Shown: in pieces, positions 9,562-17,267 of the stretch
How the letters are laid out: each line of letters begins with the position of its first letter
Numbering within the stretch: position 1 is the stretch's first letter
Virus record (IMG/VR): IMGVR_UViG_3300018063_000012
Span: 37,318-101,317 of that record
DNA length: 64,000 nucleotides
Source of the DNA: a virus
Reading direction: 5' to 3' (one strand)
Program-made: the position numbers and the translations under genes
The notes under the pieces: model-generated
The model's input: only the letters and a program-made list of their open reading frames with translations
Database searches by the model: none
What the model was told of the DNA's origin: nothing

Positions 9562-10116
9562 ATGTCAGAACAGAAAAACATAAATATGTTGGCGAATGCA
9601 CTCGGTAAAATACGAGAGGCCTGTGCCGAGCTTGAGAAATTAGCTAAGACGGACTTTCAATTGATTGATGTATCACTGACTGAGACATATGAAGTGACTA
9701 ATGCACTATCATATTGTGTTGCAGTTTTACGTAGGGATAGGGTAACGATTACACCCGGCACACTCGGTAACACATTTATTAGACCAGAAAAGAAAGCACC
9801 AGAAGATAAGACAAAGGTTTACGGTGGTCCGGCTTGGGTGAAGGGTCAACACTATCGCGCCATAGTTCGGGTGAGATTCGATAAACAGGCAGTAGACGCA
9901 CTTAAACCATATCAAGTACGAGCATACTACTTTAAGAAGTATTATGCAAAGACCGGTAATGAAAAGGAACTGGAAATTGCTAAAGAGATTGGACAAGTGT
10001 ACGTGTCAAAGTATACCCATAGCGGAGAAGGGGATTATATAAAAGTGCAAGTAGTTGATACAGACCCGGCTTGGCAGAGCGGACAAGAACCATATACGGA
10101 AGGTGATTCGAAATGA
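9562..10116 (+). CDS. Hypothetical protein
   Basis: 184-aa ORF coupled to its neighbours. Confidence 0.55.
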   Translation: MSEQKNINMLANALGKIREACAELEKLAKTDFQLIDVSLTETYEVTNALSYCVAVLRRDRVTITPGTLGNTFIRPEKKAPEDKTKVYGGPAWVKGQHYRAIVRVRFDKQAVDALKPYQVRAYYFKKYYAKTGNEKELEIAKEIGQVYVSKYTHSGEGDYIKVQVVDTDPAWQSGQEPYTEGDSK

Positions 10117-10988
10117 ACGGTAGATGTGGCTGGTGTTATGCAGATGAAGAAGATGTGCGGATGGTGCAGTTGACTCATAGCACACGGTCAGGCATCTGGC
10201 AGGAACATAAACCGGTAGGCAAGGACTGTCGTGTGCATCTACGTGGATTTTTTCGCTATGTGAGAAAGGTAAAAGTGACCAAATGAAAAAGGTAAGAGAA
10301 TGTCCGGGATGTCATCAGCCATCGCGGCGTATGATGACTCATTCACCAAGAGGCGAAAAATTGCAGTGCAAGATATGCTCTAAATGCTGGTGCAAGGTTT
10401 ATAATGTACCAGCACACTATAAGATAGCAGGTCAATCTAAAGCGATGCTGAAACTAGAAGGCATCTCGAAAGGATAAGATATGCGTAGGTGGTGGATGAT
10501 ACAGGTACTTGACCATATTGGATTTAAGAAGTACGTAACCAATCTGGTGAAGCGAACTAACTGTTATGAAGTTGGATTCAGTGGCCACGGGAAATCCGGA
10601 CTGGATGACATACTAATTAAAGAACATCAACTGAAACCACTGAATAAATTCGAGAAGTGGCTGATGGCGAGATATATTATTGAGATTAAAAAGTTCCACG
10701 CTAAAGTATGGCAGGAAGTATGCTTAGAAGTACTTGGCGAGGATCCGGAGGATTGGTATTAAAATGGAAGTCGGACGTGTCGAGATACGAATTGAACCAA
10801 ATGTCAGCAAGACTAAACTGAAGTTTATACTGACCATCTACGAAGGCAAGATAGACGTTTCATATGAATCCGGAGTTCACCATAAGCGAATACTGCTAAC
10901 TGGACAGCATATCATCTACGAGGGTGCAGAGAGCCAACAATGGGTAGAGTACTGGTAGAGATTGCTAAATTAATTAGGGAGAGTTAAG

Positions 10989-11357
10989 ATGGAGACTAAT
11001 CAGGGTATGGCGATAGCGGTTGATATGGCAAAGAAGAAAGGATTGATGCGGGTCCGTAGAGAGACATTGATTGGATTTAAGAGATGGTTAAAGAGTAAAA
11101 TGACTACTGTTATAGCCGATACGCAATCAACAGAATTGAAGTTTGACTATGAAGATGTGTTACTGATTGTAGACTTCGCACTGGAACAATCGAAAGATAT
11201 CAAGCAATATAGAAAGGCACTAGAAGAGAATCTTTACTTGTTTAAAAATAGTTGCGGATTCTTTGGACGAGGTGCCAGCAGAGAAAGGGCGGAGAGAATT
11301 TGCAAAGTTTTATATGGTCACGAGGATGTTGGGATGATAAAATGGGGGAAGAATTAG
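10989..11357 (+). CDS. Hypothetical protein
   Basis: ORF with SD-like sequence. Confidence 0.5.
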   Translation: METNQGMAIAVDMAKKKGLMRVRRETLIGFKRWLKSKMTTVIADTQSTELKFDYEDVLLIVDFALEQSKDIKQYRKALEENLYLFKNSCGFFGRGASRERAERICKVLYGHEDVGMIKWGKN

Positions 11358-11394
11358 AGTTAGTAGATTCCACTATTCGGTAATCACTAAACGG

Positions 11395-11760
11395 GTGACT
11401 GTAGACCTAAAGAGAGACGATAGGAAGATGATAAAGATACTAAAAGTTGAGGATGGCACCGAAATGAAAGAAACTGAAGTGAAGGGTGTCCTGACTAACT
11501 ATCAGATACTTTTGGTGCAGAAACAACTCCAGAAAATAGTTGACTGCGAAGGCGGCGAGTTTGAGAAAGGGTGGGATACTGTAACTCTGGTACTGAAAAT
11601 GGTCGGCGGGATCCCGTTTGATTGCTGGTGTCCAGACTGTATGAAAAAGTTGGCAAATGTCAATGACTTAATTCAGAGACTTATGGCGCTTAATGTTAAG
11701 TCGAGAGAAAAACTACTTGCGAAATTCTCCCTGAAAGTTTTGGTTCCAACTAATGGATAA
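11395..11760 (+). CDS. Hypothetical protein
   Basis: ORF in + strand gene run. Confidence 0.45.
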   Translation: MTVDLKRDDRKMIKILKVEDGTEMKETEVKGVLTNYQILLVQKQLQKIVDCEGGEFEKGWDTVTLVLKMVGGIPFDCWCPDCMKKLANVNDLIQRLMALNVKSREKLLAKFSLKVLVPTNG

Positions 11761-11839
11761 GACTTCTTCTTATAAGTCTATGTGCCATAAAGATTATTCT
11801 GTATCATTATTCTGTATGATAGAACGGGAGGGTGACTAA

Positions 11840-12079
11840 ATGGCTTGGAGTGAAGCGGCAAGAGCCGCATCGGCGGCAGTTAGACGACAACGTGGTAAGA
11901 AGATTACACCCATGCGACGGAAAGAGCCAGCATATGCTCGAGTAAGCAGGGTGCTGAGAAAGTTGCATCGGGAAAAAACGAAAGCGGACATCCCTTATCC
12001 CAATGCAAAAGAAACAAGTCGATTTAGAACTTTGCAAAAAAGGATTCGTAAAGTTAAGAGTTATACAGTCAAAAGGTAA
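11840..12079 (+). CDS. MAW-leader highly basic protein, copy 1
   Basis: MAWSEAARAASAAVRRQRGKK; GGAGG SD. Confidence 0.85.
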   Translation: MAWSEAARAASAAVRRQRGKKITPMRRKEPAYARVSRVLRKLHREKTKADIPYPNAKETSRFRTLQKRIRKVKSYTVKR

Positions 12080-12081
12080 AG

Positions 12082-12315
12082 ATGGCTTGGTCAGATGCGG
12101 CACGAGCCGCCAGCGCTCAAGTTAGACGTCAGCGGGGTAAGAAGATTATACCAAAAAGACAAATAAAGAGATCGCTAACTAAAAGGTATACTCCAGTTCA
12201 ATTGGAACGCATTAAAGCTGGTCGCCCCCATAAGGGTCGTGAAGGTGGGCTAACAAGACGAGAACATAAAAAAGGTATTAATAGATATGTTCAAATTATG
12301 CGAGGACAAAGATAA
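12082..12315 (+). CDS. MAW-leader highly basic protein, copy 2
   Basis: MAWSDAARAASAQVRRQRGKK; 24 of 77 residues K/R, 4 acidic. Confidence 0.85.
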   Translation: MAWSDAARAASAQVRRQRGKKIIPKRQIKRSLTKRYTPVQLERIKAGRPHKGREGGLTRREHKKGINRYVQIMRGQR

Positions 12316-12605
12316 TGGCCTGGAGTGATGAAGCGAGAGCGGCGGCGTTAGCTAAAAGAAAGGCGAGTCCTAAAAATCGTCAGAGTAATAGGAAACGGGT
12401 GCTAAGTCCATATGGGAATATGAAACGTAAACAGACAGCAGGAATTCTATTCAAACGCAAACAAGCGTATCAAGTAGTGCAAGGGTTAAAGAAACAATTC
12501 ACTAAAGCTTTAAAGACGGGTAATGAAGCCCGCGTAAGGACATTACGTAAAAGATATCAACGAGTGAAAGATACTGGATTTTATATTAGTCGGGGAGGCA
12601 GATAA
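12315..12605 (+). CDS. MAW-leader highly basic protein, copy 3
   Basis: MAWSDEARAAALAKRK...SRGGR*. Confidence 0.85.
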   Translation: MAWSDEARAAALAKRKASPKNRQSNRKRVLSPYGNMKRKQTAGILFKRKQAYQVVQGLKKQFTKALKTGNEARVRTLRKRYQRVKDTGFYISRGGR

Positions 12606-12947
12606 ATGGCTTGGTCAGATGCCGCAAGAGAGGCTTCAGCAAGAGCACGTAAAGGGGGATTTGGTAGATTACGTGCGGCAGTAGATAAAAGACGTAAACA
12701 ACAATTAGAAGGGAGTAGTGTACTATCCTTAAAAAATATTAATCAACTTAAACGGATTCGTAATCGTCAAGCTCGTCGAATTGAATCTAAAGTTAAAAGT
12801 TTACGAGCTAAAGCTACTGGCACATATGCCGGACACCCATCAGATAGACGAGCGCATAGAGCAAACTTAAGACTTCGTAAATTACAAAGCTCTAAATCAG
12901 GAAGTATGGCTGGAGTTAATTGGCATATAAATAGAGGTGGACGGTAA
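12606..12947 (+). CDS. MAW-leader highly basic protein, copy 4
   Basis: MAWSDAAREASARARKG...NRGGR*. Confidence 0.85.
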   Translation: MAWSDAAREASARARKGGFGRLRAAVDKRRKQQLEGSSVLSLKNINQLKRIRNRQARRIESKVKSLRAKATGTYAGHPSDRRAHRANLRLRKLQSSKSGSMAGVNWHINRGGR

Positions 12948-13270
12948 TGGCTTGGACAGACGAAGCCCGTAGAGCATCTGCTTTAGCAAGAATTAATCGC
13001 GGACCTAAACGTGCTAAATATGAACGTGTTATCCGTAAAGTTGATAGGGCGATTAAGAATGACCGTCAAACTATTAATAATATGCAAAAAGTTATTGCTG
13101 GAATGCGGAAGGTTAGACCGGCGATAAGGGAAGTTCAGAAAGCACAGAAACAGTTAGGTAAATATTCTAAACGGTTCCAAATAAATAAAAAGAGGGCATT
13201 GAGAGTGAGACTACGATATCCCGGTTTTTCAGGTTATAAAGGAATTGATATAGCTAAAGGAGGCAGATAA
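12947..13270 (+). CDS. MAW-leader highly basic protein, copy 5
   Basis: MAWTDEARRASALAR...KGGR*. Confidence 0.85.
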   Translation: MAWTDEARRASALARINRGPKRAKYERVIRKVDRAIKNDRQTINNMQKVIAGMRKVRPAIREVQKAQKQLGKYSKRFQINKKRALRVRLRYPGFSGYKGIDIAKGGR

Positions 13271-13591
13271 ATGGCTTGGTCAGATGCGGCACGAGAGGCC
13301 TCAGCAAGAGCACGTAGAGGAAACAGACGGATTAACCCTACTGTAGCAGTAAGTAGAAGTAAAGGGATTTCGTAAGCTTCCGAAGGACAAAGAGAGGTAA
13401 CTATAACTGGACGCCGTTCCTGGAAGGCAAAGATATACCATCCGGGGAAGGGGTCACTGAAAAGACTTAGAAAACTTATTAGAGCAAGTAAAAAGAGTGG
13501 AAATGTCAAAAATGAGACACGGAGACCGCTGCGATACACAAAAGGAGCTACTAAATTACATACATTTTTTCTAATTAAAGGTGGTCGTTAA
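13271..13591 (+). pseudogene. MAW-leader basic protein, copy 6, interrupted by an in-frame TAA at 13373-13375
   Basis: Manual translation MAWSDAAREASARARRG...SKGIS*ASEGQ...FLIKGGR*; 107 codons, the same size as intact copies. Confidence 0.85.
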
Positions 13592-13651
13592 AAAGTGGTA
13601 TCAGAAAGAGTAAAAGATACCGAACATTATATTATTAGAGGTGGACGATAA
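13592..13651 (+). pseudogene. C-terminal remnant of a further MAW cassette
   Basis: KVVSERVKDTEHYIIRGGR* resembles the copy 3 C-terminus YQRVKDTGFYISRGGR*. Confidence 0.7.
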
Positions 13652-13923
13652 TGGCTTGGGGACCTGAGGCAAGAGCGGCTAGTGCTTTGGCTAGACGAAC
13701 GAGCAGAGGATTTGCAAAATTAAATAGACAGAAACGTTTAACTCTTAAACATGCATCCAAATTGACAATGTTACATAAGAAGCTTTCTGGCATAGGTAAT
13801 GTAATAGGTAAAAATCATCCTATGTATAAGATCGCCCAAAAACGGTCAGCAAGAGTGTTTCGTAAATTACAATCACTGAAAAGTAAACGTCCAGAATATT
13901 TTGTGAGTAGAGGTGGACGGTAA
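13651..13923 (+). CDS. MAW-leader highly basic protein, copy 7
   Basis: MAWGPEARAASALARR...SRGGR*. Confidence 0.85.
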   Translation: MAWGPEARAASALARRTSRGFAKLNRQKRLTLKHASKLTMLHKKLSGIGNVIGKNHPMYKIAQKRSARVFRKLQSLKSKRPEYFVSRGGR

Positions 13924-14255
13924 TGGCTTGGTCAGATGCGGCACGAGCCGCCAGCGCTCAAGTTAGACGTCAGAGAGGTAAGACTCTAACTGGATCTAAA
14001 TTAACACCGGCAGGTGCTAAACCATTACAGAAACAGTTAGCGCGACTACGCGTCACAAGACAATCCCAGCGGAGAAACGCATTAGCAGATTTTAGGCTTA
14101 AACATGTCACCAAAACTTCACCCGGAATGCGAAAAATATCATTTGCTGAACGCAGGAAATTTTTGAGAGGATATAGAGGGACTAAAGAGAAAATAAGTAA
14201 AACATTGAAACGATTGAGATTCGTTAGAAATGCATCTAAGAGAGGGGGCAGATAG
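13923..14255 (+). CDS. MAW-leader highly basic protein, copy 8
   Basis: MAWSDAARAASAQVRRQRGK...KRGGR*; first 51 nt identical to copy 2. Confidence 0.85.
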   Translation: MAWSDAARAASAQVRRQRGKTLTGSKLTPAGAKPLQKQLARLRVTRQSQRRNALADFRLKHVTKTSPGMRKISFAERRKFLRGYRGTKEKISKTLKRLRFVRNASKRGGR

Positions 14256-14256
14256 T

Positions 14257-14559
14257 ATGAAGGGACGACCAATTAAATCATTTACCGGAGCGCAATCAAA
14301 TGTTCCATTAGCCGCCGCAGGTGAAAAGTTTTTGTTATATGGTTTTACATATGTTGGTACTGGAACCGGAAATTTAGCGGGATTAAACGATACGTTTTAT
14401 TTCGCATCATCTACAGCAGGTGATATGAGATCGGAAAATTTTGAGGAACCTATTGAATTAATTGGTCCCGTTCTTTTAACTATAACTACAGGGGGTAATT
14501 TAACTCTTGTGGGTAAAGTACTTAAGGAGATTGCGACTGGTAAGATAGGAACAAACTGA
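14257..14559 (+). CDS. Small beta-rich protein, possibly virion-associated
   Basis: ATG 14257 uses the SD inside the RGGR codons of copy 8; Gly/Thr-rich. Confidence 0.55.
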   Translation: MKGRPIKSFTGAQSNVPLAAAGEKFLLYGFTYVGTGTGNLAGLNDTFYFASSTAGDMRSENFEEPIELIGPVLLTITTGGNLTLVGKVLKEIATGKIGTN

Positions 14560-14568
14560 GGATTAGTA

Positions 14569-14937
14569 ATGAATGGGAAGGATATAAAATCACTGGAAGA
14601 ACTGGTAGGACATTTTATCGAGTTTAAAGAAACAGTGAAAGAAAGATTAGATAGGATTGAAAAGAAGGCAGATAAAGCGGCAAATTTAGCAGAGTCAATA
14701 GCTACGACTGTTAAATCAGATATGCAAACCCTGAAAGATAGTATTAACTCTACAGAGACTGAATTAAAAAATCAAGGAAAGACATTTACCATATTAGCAC
14801 AGATTCCTAAAGTCGCACGTATTATCATATCAATCTTCGTTGCATTCGGCGGATTGGCTGTGGTAGCATTCCTCATTAATAATTGGAGTAAAATAATCTT
14901 CTGGTTTAAAGGTAAGCTTGGAGCTGGGGGTCTATAA
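14569..14937 (+). CDS. Coiled-coil protein with C-terminal TM helix (holin/lysis-associated)
   Basis: Coiled coil followed by IIISIFVAFGGLAVVAFLI; upstream of the endolysin. Confidence 0.55.
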   Translation: MNGKDIKSLEELVGHFIEFKETVKERLDRIEKKADKAANLAESIATTVKSDMQTLKDSINSTETELKNQGKTFTILAQIPKVARIIISIFVAFGGLAVVAFLINNWSKIIFWFKGKLGAGGL

Positions 14938-15219
14938 ATGGAACTGATGAACAATGTAATAAAGGCCAAAGAATCCTTTAAACGACTGGAGTTACATAAA
15001 TCTATCAGAGAAAACTACAAGAGTAGGAAGTTTATTTCCTTCTGCGTAGTCTGGTCCTTCGGAAGCTTGATGTTTTATATGAAAGCGATGACCGCCGCTG
15101 AATGGATCGGATTCTCCGAATGGCTATTAGGTATATTTTTCTTTTTCAATATCGCCGACAAATCGGGGTTACTGGGGATGATTAAGAAACAGGATAGCGA
15201 TACTGAGAGATTGAAATGA
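14938..15219 (+). CDS. Putative holin (two TM segments)
   Basis: SRKF followed by two hydrophobic helices; in the lysis cassette. Confidence 0.6.
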   Translation: MELMNNVIKAKESFKRLELHKSIRENYKSRKFISFCVVWSFGSLMFYMKAMTAAEWIGFSEWLLGIFFFFNIADKSGLLGMIKKQDSDTERLK

Positions 15220-15677
15220 AGTCTATAATTCAGATAGAAAAAGATAGGGAGTATCAACGACTTTATAAAATAAAGAAGTCTATAATTCAGATAGAAAAAG
15301 ATAGGGAGTATCAACGACTTTATAAAATAAAGAATAGAGATAAGATTAATAGTCAAGTCCAAGCGTGGGTTAAAAATCATCCTGACTATTATCCCGAATA
15401 TAGGTGTCAGTATAAGTACCAAATATCATTTAAAGATAAACAAGATATGCTGATTAACCAGAATTCTGAATGTGCTATCTGTAGACAATTACTACAGATA
15501 GATAAAGCGTTTATTGACCATGACCACAAATCAAGTAAGATACGAGGATTACTGTGTTATAATTGTAATATGGGGATAGGTCATTTACATGATTCTATAG
15601 TTGTTCTTGAACAAGCTATTGAATATCTAAAAATATATGCTACGGATACTTCTACAACGACTAAAGATAAAAGGTAA
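15216..15677 (+). CDS. Endonuclease VII-type (His-Me finger) free-standing homing endonuclease
   Basis: CAIC...DHDH...RGLLCYNCNMGIG. Confidence 0.85.
   Translation: MKSIIQIEKDREYQRLYKIKKSIIQIEKDREYQRLYKIKNRDKINSQVQAWVKNHPDYYPEYRCQYKYQISFKDKQDMLINQNSECAICRQLLQIDKAFIDHDHKSSKIRGLLCYNCNMGIGHLHDSIVVLEQAIEYLKIYATDTSTTTKDKR
15219..15332 (+). repeat. Perfect 57-bp tandem duplication (KSIIQIEKDREYQRLYKIK x2)
   Basis: 15219-15275 identical to 15276-15332. Confidence 0.95.
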
Positions 15678-16290
15678 TTCCGCATACATAAAAGTGGATC
15701 CAACCGGTTTTGTGGTGCCAGAGAAGGCGCTGCTTTATCCACCGGCCGCAAAAGCATTCAATCAATACTTAGATTGGATGGCCGCAGAAAGAGAACTACA
15801 CCCATTGGTAAATGACTGCTTTCGTAGTCCACAGGAGCAGATTGAAATTAAGAAAAAGAAACCGACTCTGGCATACTTGCCCGGTCAATCAGGTCACAAT
15901 TGGGGGATCTCTGTAGATTTATCTACGGCATTACTACGGCAAGAGGCGACTAAGAATGGGATTAAATATGCGACTATGAGAGAAGACTTAGCACGCTTCG
16001 GGTGGACACCATCACCTAAAGAGGCGTGGCATTTTAATTTTCTAGAAGGACGCGCTGGAATTCAGGATTGGGTATCCTTTAAATACGGGACGGCCTGGGA
16101 CGGTGCAGATGATTTACCGGCGCATGATCTTCAACAGGCATTGCAGAAGTTAGGATACTATAATTTCGATACTATTAAAGCTGTTCAAGCATTCCAGAAA
16201 GACTATATGTTAGATATCGACGGTAAGGTCGGTCCTAACACCCGTAAGGTTTTACTAATAGCTACGGCAGAACTCTCTATCATTTCCTAA
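15637..16290 (+). CDS. Endolysin: M15 (VanY-like) Zn peptidase plus peptidoglycan-binding domain
   Basis: FRS..EQ, SGHNWGISVD, EAWH; C-terminal AVQAFQ...DGKVGPNT. Confidence 0.85.
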   Translation: MLRILLQRLKIKGNSAYIKVDPTGFVVPEKALLYPPAAKAFNQYLDWMAAERELHPLVNDCFRSPQEQIEIKKKKPTLAYLPGQSGHNWGISVDLSTALLRQEATKNGIKYATMREDLARFGWTPSPKEAWHFNFLEGRAGIQDWVSFKYGTAWDGADDLPAHDLQQALQKLGYYNFDTIKAVQAFQKDYMLDIDGKVGPNTRKVLLIATAELSIIS

Positions 16291-16427
16291 GCTCTAACAT
16301 ACTATATTTTTAATTATTCTAAATTAGACATCGTTTCCTAAGTTATACTTCCTATTTTTACCAGAATCCTAAACGGGACTCTGTATATAGTTATGACAAT
16401 CACTTAAATAACCCATGAGGAGGCTTT

Positions 16428-17252
16428 ATGTCACAGACAAAAACTGAAGACGAATTGAAGAAAGAGGCGGAGGAAAAAGCACAGGAAGAGGCGAAGGCTA
16501 AAGCCGAGGCTGAAAAGAAAGCTAAGGATGAGGCAGACGCGAAGGCTAAAGCAGAGGCAGAGGAAAAAGCTAAAGCAGAAGCCGAGGTTAAGAAACAGCT
16601 TGATGATTTAGTTAAGCGTGGAATTTTGAAGAAAGAGGGCGGGGTATTAGTTGAGGCGAAGTTTGACCCAACTTTGACACCAGCCTACAAAGAGTTAAAC
16701 ACAACGGTAGTTCAGAAAATAAGCGCCGCAACAGATAGAGTTGCACAACTCGAGAAAGAGTTGGAAAAGACTTCAAATGTCCTTAAATCAAAAGAGGATA
16801 TGGAAGCGGCAGACAAACAGCGGATGACCGAGGAGTTGAGTAAATTGAAAAGTGACTTGACGATTGAAAATCAAAAGGCTCGCGAAGCCGGGATTCAATT
16901 GCTGAAGACGCAAACTGCGGTAAAAAAGGGATTGCCCTTTAACTTCTTGGCGTATGTAACTGGAGAGACGGCCGAGGCGATTGAGGCCTCAGTTGAGAAA
17001 GTAATGGGAGATTTCGCTCTTCAAGCGAATAAATTTACTAAAGAACAGTTACAAGCCGCAGAGGCCGCGGCCGCAGAGAAGGCAAGCAAGGAGACCGAGG
17101 AGAAACTAAAACCTCGGGGTAAATCAACCCAGAATGCCGCTGAACCGGGACATATCTTTACTCGCGAAGAGATTAGAAGAATGACCTCGGCTGAATTTGC
17201 TGCAAACCGAGTCGATATCCTGCGCCAACAGAGCGAAGGATTAATAAAATAA
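16428..17252 (+). CDS. Capsid scaffolding protein
   Basis: Ala/Glu/Lys-rich coiled coil directly upstream of the capsid gene; C-terminal FTREEIRRMTSAEF. Confidence 0.75.
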   Translation: MSQTKTEDELKKEAEEKAQEEAKAKAEAEKKAKDEADAKAKAEAEEKAKAEAEVKKQLDDLVKRGILKKEGGVLVEAKFDPTLTPAYKELNTTVVQKISAATDRVAQLEKELEKTSNVLKSKEDMEAADKQRMTEELSKLKSDLTIENQKAREAGIQLLKTQTAVKKGLPFNFLAYVTGETAEAIEASVEKVMGDFALQANKFTKEQLQAAEAAAAEKASKETEEKLKPRGKSTQNAAEPGHIFTREEIRRMTSAEFAANRVDILRQQSEGLIK

Positions 17253-17267
17253 ACGGAGGATTAGACT

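Noticed and set aside
13373-13375. Alternative genetic code (stop codon reassignment)
   Set aside because: TAA, TAG and TGA all terminate well-conserved genes, and long genes are intact under the standard code
11840-14255. CRISPR array or DGR interpretation of the repeat/unique pattern
   Set aside because: Repeats are degenerate at synonymous positions and protein-coding, unique parts are 200-280 bp open frames, and no cas or reverse transcriptase gene was seen
16460-16590. Repetitive AEEKAKAE-type sequence
   Set aside because: Ordinary low-complexity coiled coil of a scaffolding protein
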